DNA of 64,000 nt from Verrucomicrobiota bacterium (GCA_003218375.1 QHNH01000010.1:24597-88596), one strand, 5' to 3'. Shown: positions 18,746-28,469, counted from the first letter of the stretch. A program made the numbers and translations. The notes: a model not told the origin generated them from the sequence alone.

Positions 18746-19306
18746 ATGCGCACGCTAGCCAGGGTTATCTCCGGTGGGCAGACGGGAGTGGACCAGGCCG
18801 CCTTGTGGGCGGCAAGAGATTGCGGGCTGGCGATAGGCGGATGGTGTCCGCCGGGACGCGGGTGTGATTCGGGCGTGATTCCGTTGGAGTTTCCACTTCA
18901 AGAAACGGAACACGAACGCAGCCCGGACGCGCCGGATGTTCCCCGATCGCAGCGGACGGAATGGAATGTTCGCGATTCGGATGCGACGTTGGTGATTAGA
19001 TCCGGGAAAGCGTCGCATAGCGACGCTGCTACAGAAGAGGCGGCTACAGAAGAGGAGCCCGATCTGGGAACGGATTGGGCGGTGCAATGCGCCGCGCGCT
19101 ACGAACGGCCGCTGCAGGTTTGCGATGTCGGCGATCCGAACGCGAAGGAGAAAATTCAGCAATGGCTGGCCGGATTGCCGATTCGCACCCTCAATGTTGC
19201 CGGCCCGGGCGAATCCACCGCGCCCGGTATCGGCCGGCGCGCGTATGAGTTGCTCCGGCGGGTCTTTGAAGAGAGTGACAAGCGACGCGAAGGCAATGGC
19301 AGGTGA
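18746..19306 (+). CDS. SLOG-superfamily 'putative molybdenum carrier' (YpsA/MoCo_carrier-like) protein
   Basis: VISGGQTGVDQAALWAARDCGLAIGGWCPPGR and QRTEWNVRDSDATLVI. Contains an in-frame 2x15-bp family B-derived insert. Confidence 0.65.
   Translation: MRTLARVISGGQTGVDQAALWAARDCGLAIGGWCPPGRGCDSGVIPLEFPLQETEHERSPDAPDVPRSQRTEWNVRDSDATLVIRSGKASHSDAATEEAATEEEPDLGTDWAVQCAARYERPLQVCDVGDPNAKEKIQQWLAGLPIRTLNVAGPGESTAPGIGRRAYELLRRVFEESDKRREGNGR
19025..19054 (+). repeat. Tandem 15-bp family B terminal half-sites inside a CDS
   Basis: GCTGCTACAGAAGAG followed by GCGGCTACAGAAGAG, translated AATEE-AATEE. Confidence 0.8.
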
Positions 19307-19327
19307 TTTGCTTTAAGACGACTGCCG

Positions 19328-19702
19328 ATGACTATCAACTTCAAGACGAACGTCAGAACCGTCATCCGATACAAAGGCCAGGAGTATTCGAGCGCGGACC
19401 AACTCCCGGCTGAGGCGCGCTCGGCGTATGAAGCGGCGCTGACCAAAGGAGTCGTGCCCGCGGCGACGCCGGGAGTGAAACAGCAGATCCTCCTTAACGG
19501 TCAGCATTTTGCTTCGCCGGACGAGATGTCAGCCGCCGAAAGAAAGCTTTACGACGACGCGATCGCTTTCGTCCGGGCTAGCACGACGGTTTCCGCGGCA
19601 GGCAATCCTCCTTCGGGCTGGTTAACAGCAACGCAACTACGTCTCGTTTTATTCTTCGCGGCGATCGCGGTAGTCGTCGTCCTCGTGCGCCTGCTTCATT
19701 AA
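19328..19702 (+). CDS. Hypothetical protein with C-terminal TM anchor
   Basis: ORF begins 22 nt after the SLOG gene. C-terminal LRLVLFFAAIAVVVVLVRLL. Confidence 0.5.
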   Translation: MTINFKTNVRTVIRYKGQEYSSADQLPAEARSAYEAALTKGVVPAATPGVKQQILLNGQHFASPDEMSAAERKLYDDAIAFVRASTTVSAAGNPPSGWLTATQLRLVLFFAAIAVVVVLVRLLH

Positions 19703-19862
19703 GCTAGCCGAAGATTGACGCCCCGCCGAGAAACAGTCCCGCTCGGCGCAACGACTCGCGCGTGACATGACATGATCGCCGGAACAAAGATAGTCAACGC
19801 CTGAGACATCGGGCGACTTGAAGCAATTAAAGAGCATCACGATCGATGCCGCGCCGCGTTGA

Positions 19863-20462
19863 TTACTTCTGCACCTTCAGAATCTTGAAGCGGAAGCGGA
19901 GTTTCCTGGCTTCGAGAAGACAGCGCCAATCGACGAAGAGGACGACGCTAATGACAATCAGCCCGGCGATGAGGGTTACTGCCGTTTGCCAATTCGCCTG
20001 GCCGTGAAGGGCGTCGCTGAAGTTCGCGCTGGCGTATTTTCCGGAAAACAAGAGAACGCCATCGGTGATCAGGCGGCCGAGAAAGAAAGCTGGCAGGATG
20101 TGCCAAGGGGTGATGCGCGCGGCCGCGACAGCAGTGAAGAGGGCCGTGGTGGAGAGAGGCGTCAGCGTGTAGAAGAAAACAAACATGGCTGACGACCACT
20201 TCGCCTGGGCCAGCTTGCTTCCGATGTAGCGCAAGTTTTTATCTTCGCGGCGGTTGACCACCGAGGATGAAACCTTCGGGATGTAGCGGGTGAGAATGTA
20301 ACGGCCGATCGTTGAACCGGTCACGCCTACCGCAACGGTCACCCACGGGTTCAGGTGAAATTTGACGAGGATAATAACAAACAGGATCCACGCTGGCGGC
20401 GCGAAGATCGGGATGGTATCGACGACGAGGGCTGCGACGAAAACGAGTAAGTACGGCCACAT
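19863..20462 (-). CDS. DedA/YqaA-like (VTT-domain) membrane protein
   Basis: Polytopic membrane protein. The N-terminal part reads YLLVFVAALVVDTIPIFAPPAW. Confidence 0.45.
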   Translation of the reverse strand: MWPYLLVFVAALVVDTIPIFAPPAWILFVIILVKFHLNPWVTVAVGVTGSTIGRYILTRYIPKVSSSVVNRREDKNLRYIGSKLAQAKWSSAMFVFFYTLTPLSTTALFTAVAAARITPWHILPAFFLGRLITDGVLLFSGKYASANFSDALHGQANWQTAVTLIAGLIVISVVLFVDWRCLLEARKLRFRFKILKVQK

Positions 20463-20572
20463 ATCAGGAACGCTGCCTCGGTTAATCGAGCGCTGCCGGG
20501 CTTAGAAGTCGATGGCGAAATTTCAGAGGTCGTGCTGGAAATCCAGGATGCTAAGGGCAAAATGGGAGACAG

Positions 20573-21559
20573 ATGAAAAGATGGTTGTGCTTCCTGTCAT
20601 TGCTGGCGTCGACTGCGGCCGGCGCGCCGGTGAATCTCAATGCGGTTCGGGCTGCGGCGGCGTATTCAGCGAGCAGTGGCGGGACGTCATTTCTGGCGGT
20701 GCAAAACGGGCAGGCGTTGCTGGAGCAATCGGCGGGAGAACCGCGCAAGATTTATAGCGGCACCAAGGCTTTCTGGGGATTGGCGGCGCTCGCCGCGGAC
20801 GACGATGGATTGCTCAGCCTGGACGAGCATGTGGCCGATACCATTCCTTCCTGGAAAGCCGATCCGCGCAAAGCACGAGTGACGATCCGGCAGCTTCTCG
20901 ATTTCTCCTGCGGACTCGATCCCGTTTTCCATTTGCACAACAACGATCCCGGGGATCGCGACAGCATCGCGATCAGAGCGCCTCTCGTGGCGAATCCGGG
21001 AAGCGCTTTCATCTATGGGCCGGGCGCGCTTCAAGTCTTTCACGCAATCCTTAAACAAAAGTTGCACGGAGAATCGCCGACTCATTATCTGGAGCGACGT
21101 GTTCTGCATCGCCTCGGCCTTGGATCGCAACGTTATCTAGCGGACAGCGCCGGGAACCCATTGCTGGCGGCCGGCTGGCTCCTCAGTGCGCGGCAGTGGG
21201 CGAAGCTCGGTGAAGTTGCACTGAACGGCGGCGCTCCGATCGTCAGCGCTAGCTCGATGTCTCAGTGCTGGCGTGGGTCGGGCGTGAACCCGGCCTTCTC
21301 GTTAGGCTGGTGGAACAATCGGCGAGCGCCGGGAGGTCGTGAGTTCGATATCGAATCGATGCTGGTTCCGAAGTGGCAGCGCCAGAGTTGGGGAGGGACA
21401 GTTCTCTGTCGTAATGCTCCGAGTGATGTCGTCGCGTGTATCGGCTCAGGTTATCAGCGCCTGTATGTTATTCCTTCGCAGAACCTGGTCGTGGTGCGAC
21501 ACGGTTCCGGAAGCCGCTTCTCCGACGCGCGCTTCCTGAGCTTGCTCGCGGGCAAATAG
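20573..21559 (+). CDS. Serine hydrolase (beta-lactamase family)
   Basis: Signal peptide and the SxxK motif YSGTKAFW. Confidence 0.65.
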   Translation: MKRWLCFLSLLASTAAGAPVNLNAVRAAAAYSASSGGTSFLAVQNGQALLEQSAGEPRKIYSGTKAFWGLAALAADDDGLLSLDEHVADTIPSWKADPRKARVTIRQLLDFSCGLDPVFHLHNNDPGDRDSIAIRAPLVANPGSAFIYGPGALQVFHAILKQKLHGESPTHYLERRVLHRLGLGSQRYLADSAGNPLLAAGWLLSARQWAKLGEVALNGGAPIVSASSMSQCWRGSGVNPAFSLGWWNNRRAPGGREFDIESMLVPKWQRQSWGGTVLCRNAPSDVVACIGSGYQRLYVIPSQNLVVVRHGSGSRFSDARFLSLLAGK

Positions 21560-22633
21560 CTACTTCGGAGTTGCGACGATCAGCGACGAGCGGCTGGGTT
21601 GCCACTGGTAACCGAAGCTGAAAGGCAGGGGCGGAGGCGCCGCGGCGGCATTGTCCTTCGCCAGGTCGAGCTGCCCATTTTTCAGGAAGCGTTTGATCGG
21701 GCCGAGATAACGACCGTAAAAGCGCACCTCCCATTTGTCTTTCGAGAAGAAGCGATAGGGAATCCCGGAATCGTCCTGCACGATCACCTTGCTATGAGCC
21801 AGGAGATACCCGCGCACCTTCGAAAAATTATCCGAATGCATGAGGTAGGAAGCTGCCTTTAGTAGCGTCACCCCCTGGCCCTGTTGTTCGCAGAACGCTC
21901 CAAAGTTCGGATTCACCTTGATGGCCCAGTCAGCCAGGTCGGTGGTGAAGTAGTAGAGTGTTTGCGGGCGGCCGGCCGGACCGGTGAAGGTAATCTTGAC
22001 TCCTGGCGTGGTTCCTTTGCCTGCAGGAACAAAAGCGCCGGTCTTATCGATGGCCACAGTCTCAACCGAGTCGATCGTGCAGCCGGCGCGCGCGAGAAAA
22101 ACGTAGAGGACAGGCAGGGTGCCGCTAAGCTGCACCTGGCGCAGGTCCACCTTCATTTTTTTGGTGATGAAGAAGCTCAAGCTCAGGACCGAATCGAGGG
22201 ATCTGCGCAAGTTCGCGAGAGCGGAGGGAAGGACGTGTTGCGGAATCTTGGCGATATCGGGAATAGGCCCGACCGGTTCGGTCCCGCAAAGGATGTAAGT
22301 GCTGGCGTTAGGAAAGAAAGCGTTGGCGTAGAGGAAATCCGGGCCACTGAACATGTAATACATTGGTCCGGTATCCTGATAGGCGGGGCCGAGGACTTGC
22401 GGCGCCCAAACGCGAATCTTCGCGAGCTGCCGGTCATCGAACTGTTTCCACGCGCGATCGAGCTCGGTGGCGTGCGTCTTCCAGCCGGGCGCATTTGCGT
22501 AGCTCTCCATCGGCGTGCCGTTCACGGGTAAGCCGGCCAGGAATTTAGCCGTAGCGTCCGGGGTCGGGTCCGCGCCCAGGAGAGGGAGACTCGGGCTTAG
22601 CCAACAAAGGAGAAGAAGAGTTCGACGACGCAA
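21560..22633 (-). CDS. Secreted hypothetical protein (tandem paralogue 1)
   Basis: Signal peptide. Collinear similarity to 22670..23686 (MYYMFSGPDFLYANAFFP.., GTLPVLYVFLARAGCT). Confidence 0.65.
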   Translation of the reverse strand: MRRRTLLLLCWLSPSLPLLGADPTPDATAKFLAGLPVNGTPMESYANAPGWKTHATELDRAWKQFDDRQLAKIRVWAPQVLGPAYQDTGPMYYMFSGPDFLYANAFFPNASTYILCGTEPVGPIPDIAKIPQHVLPSALANLRRSLDSVLSLSFFITKKMKVDLRQVQLSGTLPVLYVFLARAGCTIDSVETVAIDKTGAFVPAGKGTTPGVKITFTGPAGRPQTLYYFTTDLADWAIKVNPNFGAFCEQQGQGVTLLKAASYLMHSDNFSKVRGYLLAHSKVIVQDDSGIPYRFFSKDKWEVRFYGRYLGPIKRFLKNGQLDLAKDNAAAAPPPLPFSFGYQWQPSRSSLIVATPK

Positions 22634-22669
22634 AGTGTTAGGAGGCGGATTGGGTTAGTGGGGTAACGT

Positions 22670-23686
22670 CTACTTTCGCGTGGCCAGCATAAGGAGACCG
22701 CGCTCTCTTTGCCAGTGGTAACCGAAGGCGAAGCCCAGCTCGGCCGGCGGCGGTTCCTGGTTGTAGATCGCAGCCAGGTCCGGTTGATGGTATTTGCCGA
22801 ACATTTCCGCATGCGGCACATAACGTCCGTAGCAATCGACCTTCCAGGTCTTCGGGAAACCTCGCAGCGGAATCCCGGAATCGTCCTGGATAATGACGCG
22901 GCTGTTGTTCAGAAGGAAATTCCGCACTCCGGAAAAACCTTCGGTATGCATAAGGTAGGAAGCAGCCTTTAGCAGGCTAACTCCCGGACCTTGCCCGGCG
23001 CACCACTTTAAGAAGGGACTGGGGCCCCCGGAAAGATCGGTCTTAAAGTAATACAACGTCTGCTGGCTGCCGTCGCGGGTGAAATTGATCTTCACACCTT
23101 CCGCGGGACTCTTTACGTAGGTCGTGTCGAGGACGGTGCAGTTCATGCGAGCTAGAAACACGTAGAGGATGGGGAGGGTGCCGCCAAGATTGGCGTGAGT
23201 AAGGTCCATCCGCATGTCCTTGGTGATAAAGTAGTGCGTCTGCAGGACTGTGTGCATGGAATCGCGTAAGGCATTCAAGTCAGTGCGTAGCGCCGCCGGA
23301 TCCATGCGGTTCAAGTCGGGGACTTGTCCCACGGGTTCCAAACCGGCCAGGATATAGGTCTTGGCCCGCGGGAAAAAGAGGTTGGCGTAGAGAAAGTCCG
23401 GGCCGCCGAACATGTAGAACATCGTGTCTGTACTGGAGTACGGCCCCGGCGCATTCTCCAGCATCCAGGCGCGAATGGGCCGAACCTGGAAATAATCTTT
23501 CTTGACCCACGCGCTATCGAGATTGCGAGCATGATCCTGCCAGGCCGGGTCGTGCGTGAGGGATGCGAGCGGTCCGCCGACGGGAATGCCGGCCAGGAAA
23601 CGGGCGGTGTCATCGAGGGTGGCGCGTTGCGCGAAAGCCGGGGTTACCCACAGAAGTGCCAGCAAGAGAAGCAAAAGTCGTTTCAT
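22670..23686 (-). CDS. Secreted hypothetical protein (tandem paralogue 2)
   Basis: Signal peptide MKRLLLLLLALLWVTPAFA. Contains MFYMFGGPDFLYANLFFP and GTLPILYVFLARMNCT. Confidence 0.65.
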   Translation of the reverse strand: MKRLLLLLLALLWVTPAFAQRATLDDTARFLAGIPVGGPLASLTHDPAWQDHARNLDSAWVKKDYFQVRPIRAWMLENAPGPYSSTDTMFYMFGGPDFLYANLFFPRAKTYILAGLEPVGQVPDLNRMDPAALRTDLNALRDSMHTVLQTHYFITKDMRMDLTHANLGGTLPILYVFLARMNCTVLDTTYVKSPAEGVKINFTRDGSQQTLYYFKTDLSGGPSPFLKWCAGQGPGVSLLKAASYLMHTEGFSGVRNFLLNNSRVIIQDDSGIPLRGFPKTWKVDCYGRYVPHAEMFGKYHQPDLAAIYNQEPPPAELGFAFGYHWQRERGLLMLATRK

Positions 23687-23703
23687 GAATGCGCGTAAGA
23701 CGA

Positions 23704-25020
23704 TCACGCCGTCCTTGTTTTCGGCGAAAGAAAATAGACGGCAAGGCCGAGAACCATGAGCGCGACCCCGCGGAGCGACGGCGTGCGCGTGTCGGGATCG
23801 GCCAGCATATGCTCCAGCATCCAAAGGCTAATGACGAGGAAGATCAGCGGCGTAATCGGGTAGCCCCAGGTGCGATAAGGCCGGGGCAAATCTGGTCGGC
23901 GCCAGCGCAAGACGAAGACCCCCACTACCGCCAGAGCCGAACAAAGGGTGAGGCTGAATTGAACGAGGTTCACGGCCGTTTGAAAGGTAGTCGTCAGAAG
24001 AAGGATGATTACGATGGTGAATTGGGTGAGGATCGCGGTCGTGGGAACGCCGTGGACGTTGCGCCGCGCCAGCCAATTCAGCGCGCGCAAATCTTCCCCC
24101 ATCGCCGCCGTGATGCGAGGACCGATCCACATCATTGCGCTCACCGTGGAAACCAGGCCCAAACAAATAAAAAGGCTTACAACTTTCGCGCCCGCGCCCC
24201 CAAAGATATGGCTGCCCGCGATGACGGCTACTTGCTGTTTGCCGACCATCTCAGCGACCGGCGTTGTCCGCAGGAAAACGGCGTTCATGGCAAGGTAGAG
24301 CACCATCACCACGACCGTGCCCAGGCCGACCGAAAGCGGGATCGTGCGCGACGGGTTGCGCAATTCGCCGACGATATACGTGGAAGCATTCCAGCCAGAG
24401 TAAGCATACATGACCCAATACAGGCTGACGGCGAACGGCGCGCTGAGAATCAACGCGCCATCGGTTTTCGTCGGAAGAAACGAGACCGGCTCGCTCGATC
24501 TCACGGCAAATCCCGCCACGATAATCACGAGGATGAGCGCGATCTTCAAAATCGTGGAGCCATTTTGAAATGCGCTGCCGAGCTGCAGATCGCGGAGCAA
24601 AACGAGCGTGCAAATCGTCACCACTGCCAGAGAGAGCACCAGCGGGTTCAATCCCGGCATCACCTCGGCGAAGTAGGTGCCGAAGGCGATGGCCGCGATC
24701 GCCACCGGCGCCGCGAACCCCACCGTGGCCGAGATCCAGCCCGCGAGAAATCCCACAGCCGGATGGTAGATCACGCCGAGAAAATGATATTCGCCTCCCG
24801 ACCGCGGGAGCGCCGCGCCCAGCTCCGCATAGGAAAGCGCGCCGCAGAGCGCGCAAATGCCGCCCGCCACCCAGATCGCCATGATCGCGAAACCGGTAGG
24901 CACGCCGGCCACCTGAAATCCGAGACTCGTGAAAATCCCAGTGCCGACCATGTTGGCCACGACGATGCAAGTCGCGGTCAACGGCGAAATTGTATGTTTG
25001 CCTTCCGCGACTACAGCCAT
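23704..25020 (-). CDS. APC-family amino acid permease
   Basis: Twelve TM segments. N-terminal VVANMVGTGIFTSLG and ELGAALPRSGGEYHF motifs. Confidence 0.8.
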   Translation of the reverse strand: MAVVAEGKHTISPLTATCIVVANMVGTGIFTSLGFQVAGVPTGFAIMAIWVAGGICALCGALSYAELGAALPRSGGEYHFLGVIYHPAVGFLAGWISATVGFAAPVAIAAIAFGTYFAEVMPGLNPLVLSLAVVTICTLVLLRDLQLGSAFQNGSTILKIALILVIIVAGFAVRSSEPVSFLPTKTDGALILSAPFAVSLYWVMYAYSGWNASTYIVGELRNPSRTIPLSVGLGTVVVMVLYLAMNAVFLRTTPVAEMVGKQQVAVIAGSHIFGGAGAKVVSLFICLGLVSTVSAMMWIGPRITAAMGEDLRALNWLARRNVHGVPTTAILTQFTIVIILLLTTTFQTAVNLVQFSLTLCSALAVVGVFVLRWRRPDLPRPYRTWGYPITPLIFLVISLWMLEHMLADPDTRTPSLRGVALMVLGLAVYFLSPKTRTA

Positions 25021-25137
25021 TCGGCGATTGATGTAGAGGCTGCGAGCGATCGAGTCAATGGCGGCGCAATTGCGAGTGCATTGCTGGATTCTGCTGGCGT
25101 TCGAACGGCTCGCGCCGTAAAGGGGTTAAGGTCGCTC

Positions 25138-25551
25138 ATGTTTCGGCGGAAAGAGAATCGCACTGCTCGCGAACTGTTTACACGGGTGGCAGATGTGTCT
25201 GGGCGTGCGGTGTTACAGCTGAAGGTTCGAAGCGCATTGAATCCCACTCTGTGGCTCTGTGGTATTGTGACCTTGCCGGCGGCGGGTCTTGCGACGGTTG
25301 TCAACGGATCACTTCAGGTCGCTTTGATCGCGTTGGCCTTCATACCCGTGGTGTTGTTTGGCCTCAGCGAGATTTATCTCCTGGTACGAGATCCTGACAA
25401 ATTACAATCGGAGGATTACCAGATTCGAAAGCGCGCGTTGGATCTAATTGAGCAAAAGGGAGGTGCCATCCCGATCGAGGTCACTTCAATCGAAACAATA
25501 GCAAAGCCCGAATTCGTCCGATTATCCCAACCAAGAACGGAAGACCAATAA
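25138..25551 (+). CDS. Hypothetical membrane protein
   Basis: ATG-initiated tail of the otherwise antisense ORF 23689..25551. Two TM segments. By eye the DNA is more AT-rich than its neighbours. Confidence 0.45.
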   Translation: MFRRKENRTARELFTRVADVSGRAVLQLKVRSALNPTLWLCGIVTLPAAGLATVVNGSLQVALIALAFIPVVLFGLSEIYLLVRDPDKLQSEDYQIRKRALDLIEQKGGAIPIEVTSIETIAKPEFVRLSQPRTEDQ

Positions 25552-25553
25552 AG

Positions 25554-26069
25554 GTGAAGGCATTTTTTCTGGTTTTCAGCGATCGCTTTGGCACTGCCGC
25601 GGAGGTGCAAGGATATCTCGACACTGTTCCAGAGGTCGGGTTCTGGTTTCGCTGTTTTCCCAATGGCATTTTTTTGACAAGCTCGATTGATGGCAAGCAG
25701 CTTGGTCGACGGCTGCAGGCCCGGTTCACCGCGTCGTCGGGAACAGGACGCTTTATCCTTCTCCCGGTGGATGAGAACGAATCGTGGGGAGTAATGCCTT
25801 TCCAAGCATGGAAGCTGGTTCAAGAACCCGATGCCCCTAAATTGACCCCCCGTGACGAAGTGGTCGCGGCGTACTATAGCAAGGGAAAGACTGGCGGTGC
25901 CGGAGAAATCAAGGTCACAACAGATAACGAGGGAAAAAGCGTAGCGACTTTAATGATGGACGGGAAAATCGTGGGGCAAATCGAATTGAATGATGAGAAC
26001 AAAAGCATCATTAAGAACCTGCAAGAGCTTGTTCCAGGCCGGACCAAAAGCCTAGGCTGGGTCGAATGA
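25554..26069 (+). CDS. Hypothetical protein
   Basis: ORF begins 3 nt after the previous stop. No motif recognised. Confidence 0.45.
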   Translation: MKAFFLVFSDRFGTAAEVQGYLDTVPEVGFWFRCFPNGIFLTSSIDGKQLGRRLQARFTASSGTGRFILLPVDENESWGVMPFQAWKLVQEPDAPKLTPRDEVVAAYYSKGKTGGAGEIKVTTDNEGKSVATLMMDGKIVGQIELNDENKSIIKNLQELVPGRTKSLGWVE

Positions 26070-26103
26070 CGCGAGCAGCTCCCTTGGGCTCTTGCCCGGG
26101 GAA

Positions 26104-26178
26104 TGGCTCCAGAGGTAGGATTCGAACCTACGACCAATCGGTTAACAGCCGACCGCTCTACCACTGAGCTACTCTGGA
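26104..26178 (-). tRNA. tRNA-Asn (GTT)
   Basis: TCCAGAGTAGCTCAGTGGTAGAGCGGTCGGCTGTTAACCGATTGGTCGTAGGTTCGAATCCTACCTCTGGAGCCA folds as a cloverleaf. CCA is encoded. Confidence 0.9.
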
Positions 26179-26241
26179 ATGATGATGGGCGCCGATGAGC
26201 GGCGTACAGTTTGCCCAAGCGAAAGCGCGCGGCAAGTGATT

Positions 26242-26318
26242 TGGTTGCGGGGGCGGGATTTGAACCCGCGGCCTTCAGGTTATGAGCCTGACGAGCTACC
26301 AGGCTGCTCCACCCCGCG
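26242..26318 (-). tRNA. Initiator tRNA-fMet (CAT)
   Basis: CGCGGGGTGGAGCAGCCTGGTAGCTCGTCAGGCTCATAACCTGAAGGCCGCGGGTTCAAATCCCGCCCCCGCAACCA has the C1:A72 mismatch typical of initiator tRNA. Confidence 0.9.
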
Positions 26319-26416
26319 TCTTGAGCCGTGATTATGCCGCATCGAGTGCCGAACGCAACTGCAAAAAAACGGAGGACGATTTACTTTCGGCGCGAAACCG
26401 AATCGAATCGGAGCGA

Positions 26417-27346
26417 GTGAAGGCAAAAGCGAAATCGAAAATCCTGGTCGGCACGGCGAGCTGGTCGGACCCGGGGTTTGTCGAGCATTGGTATCCGAAG
26501 AGGATGCCGGCCGGCGAGAGGCTGGCGTGGTACGCGCAGCATTTTGAGATGGTCGAGGTGAACTCGAGTTTTTACTCGGTGCCGGACGCGCGCCTGGTGG
26601 AACGCTGGTGCCACAGCACGCCGGATGATTTTGTGTTCGATGTGAAATTGCACCAGTTGCTTTCGCGGCATTCGGCGAACCTGAAGTTGTTGCCGCCGGC
26701 GTTGCAGAAGATGGCGGAAGCGGACGCCCGGGGCAGGGTGAAGCTCACTTCGAAAATCGAAATGGCTATGATCGACGAATTTCGCGGGCCGCTGGAAATT
26801 CTGCGCGCCGCCGGCAAGCTGGGCGCCTTGCTGCTGCAGTTGTCGCCCGGGTTTTCGCCGAAGAAACATCAGCTGGACGAGCTCGACGACTTGTTAGGCG
26901 GGCTGGCTAATTACCGGGTCGCGGTCGAGCTGCGAAACCGAAATTGGGTGGAAGGTGAGAACCTGGAACCGACGCTAAGCTTTTTCCGCAAGCATTCCGC
27001 CACGCTCGTTTCGGTGGATGCTCCCGCGGAACGGCATTTCACGATCATGCCATCGGACTTGAATGCGATCACGAACCCGGAGCTGGCGTATCTTCGCCTG
27101 CATGGACGTGATGCGCATGCTTACACAACCGGCAAAACGGTGGCCGCGCGTTTCAATTACGATTACAGCGATGAAGAGATCGACGAGGTCGCCGAGCGCG
27201 CACGTGAACTCCGCCGGGAAGCGAAAGAAGTCCACGTCATTTTCAACAACAACGCGCTCGATTATGCGCCGCACGCCGCCCTCCGGATGCGAAAGGCGCT
27301 GGGCCAAATGATTCCATCCACGGCGCGACAAACGGAGCTATTCTAG
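26417..27346 (+). CDS. DUF72 (UPF0759) family protein
   Basis: ILVGTASWSDPGFVEHWYP..YAQHFEMVEVNSSFYS. GTG start chosen downstream of the tRNA. Confidence 0.7.
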   Translation: MKAKAKSKILVGTASWSDPGFVEHWYPKRMPAGERLAWYAQHFEMVEVNSSFYSVPDARLVERWCHSTPDDFVFDVKLHQLLSRHSANLKLLPPALQKMAEADARGRVKLTSKIEMAMIDEFRGPLEILRAAGKLGALLLQLSPGFSPKKHQLDELDDLLGGLANYRVAVELRNRNWVEGENLEPTLSFFRKHSATLVSVDAPAERHFTIMPSDLNAITNPELAYLRLHGRDAHAYTTGKTVAARFNYDYSDEEIDEVAERARELRREAKEVHVIFNNNALDYAPHAALRMRKALGQMIPSTARQTELF

Positions 27347-27349
27347 CCC

Positions 27350-27895
27350 ATGGCCGATCCGCGCCTCGACGAAGCGAAACAGAGCCAGACAACCACCGGC
27401 GGCGAGCCGCGCGTGAGTCTTTGGCGCCGGTTCAAACGCTGGATGCGCGCGCATCACATGACGCTCATGACCCTGCCGGACACGCCGCATTCGATCGCGC
27501 TCGGTTCGGCCATCGGGATGTTCTTCGGATTTACTCCACTTTTCGGGCTGAAAACTTTGCTTTCGCTCGCCGTCGCGTGGTTGTTGAAAGGAAACAAAAT
27601 TGCCGCCTTCATTGCCGTTACTCTGCACGATCTCATCCTTCCGTTTTGGCCGGCAATTTTTTTCTGGGAATACAAGATGGGGATGTGGACGTTGCATCGC
27701 CGGCTTCCCTTGCTGCCCGGGTTTCGTCACGTGCCGCTGCGCGATTACATGGAATGGACGACGTTTTTTACCGTCGGCCAGCCGCTCCTGGTCGGGTCGC
27801 TCTTTCTCGCTTTGCCGGCGGCGGTGGTGGTCTATTTTGGTTTGCGCGCGGTCCTGATTCGCGCCCGGGCGGGAAATGAAAAGCCGACGGGTTGA
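27350..27895 (+). CDS. DUF2062-like membrane protein
   Basis: TPHSIALGSAIGMFFGFTPLFGLKTLL. Confidence 0.55.
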   Translation: MADPRLDEAKQSQTTTGGEPRVSLWRRFKRWMRAHHMTLMTLPDTPHSIALGSAIGMFFGFTPLFGLKTLLSLAVAWLLKGNKIAAFIAVTLHDLILPFWPAIFFWEYKMGMWTLHRRLPLLPGFRHVPLRDYMEWTTFFTVGQPLLVGSLFLALPAAVVVYFGLRAVLIRARAGNEKPTG

Positions 27896-27936
27896 ATCTG
27901 CTTCCGTAAGGCACGTCCCGCCGCTAGGGTGAAATT

Positions 27937-28446
27937 ATGAAAATGAAAACGATCGCGCTGTTCGTCATGCTCACGGTTTCTCTCGCTGGCCTCCTCCAGG
28001 CCAAGACCCTGAAGTTCCCGAAAGATAATCCGCAGTTCAGCGTGACCTTCACGAGCGATTGGAAGGCTGAGATTACGGACGCGGGCATCATCAGCGCGCA
28101 ACCGAAAGGCGCGGCCTACGCGATCAGTATTTTTCCGGTGCAGGCGACGAACGCCAAGGGGGCGATCGAGGAAACGATGAAGGAAGTCGAGAAACGTTTC
28201 GAGAGCATCAAGGGGAGCGATCCGTCCGAGTTCAAGACCGAGAACGGCATCAAGTTTCTCGAGCGCGATCTTACCGCGAAAGATAAAGGCTCGCCGCGGG
28301 CGCTCGCGATCCTAGCCTTCAGCCTGGATAAGCAAACTTACTTCGCGATTTTCCAGGCCGGCACCCCGGAGGCGGACAAAAAATACACCGAGGATGTCGC
28401 CGTCATCGTGAAATCGATCACCGCTCTTAAGAGCGACGACGACTAA
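27937..28446 (+). CDS. Secreted hypothetical protein
   Basis: Signal peptide MKMKTIALFVMLTVSLAGLLQA. Confidence 0.55.
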   Translation: MKMKTIALFVMLTVSLAGLLQAKTLKFPKDNPQFSVTFTSDWKAEITDAGIISAQPKGAAYAISIFPVQATNAKGAIEETMKEVEKRFESIKGSDPSEFKTENGIKFLERDLTAKDKGSPRALAILAFSLDKQTYFAIFQAGTPEADKKYTEDVAVIVKSITALKSDDD

Positions 28447-28469
28447 GCCAGGCGCAAACAATTCTGGTT

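Noticed and set aside
23689-25551. 620-aa plus-strand ORF
   Set aside because: The first ~480 codons are antisense to the APC permease and have Arg/His-rich junk composition. Only the last 137 codons (from the ATG at 25138) are retained as a possible gene.
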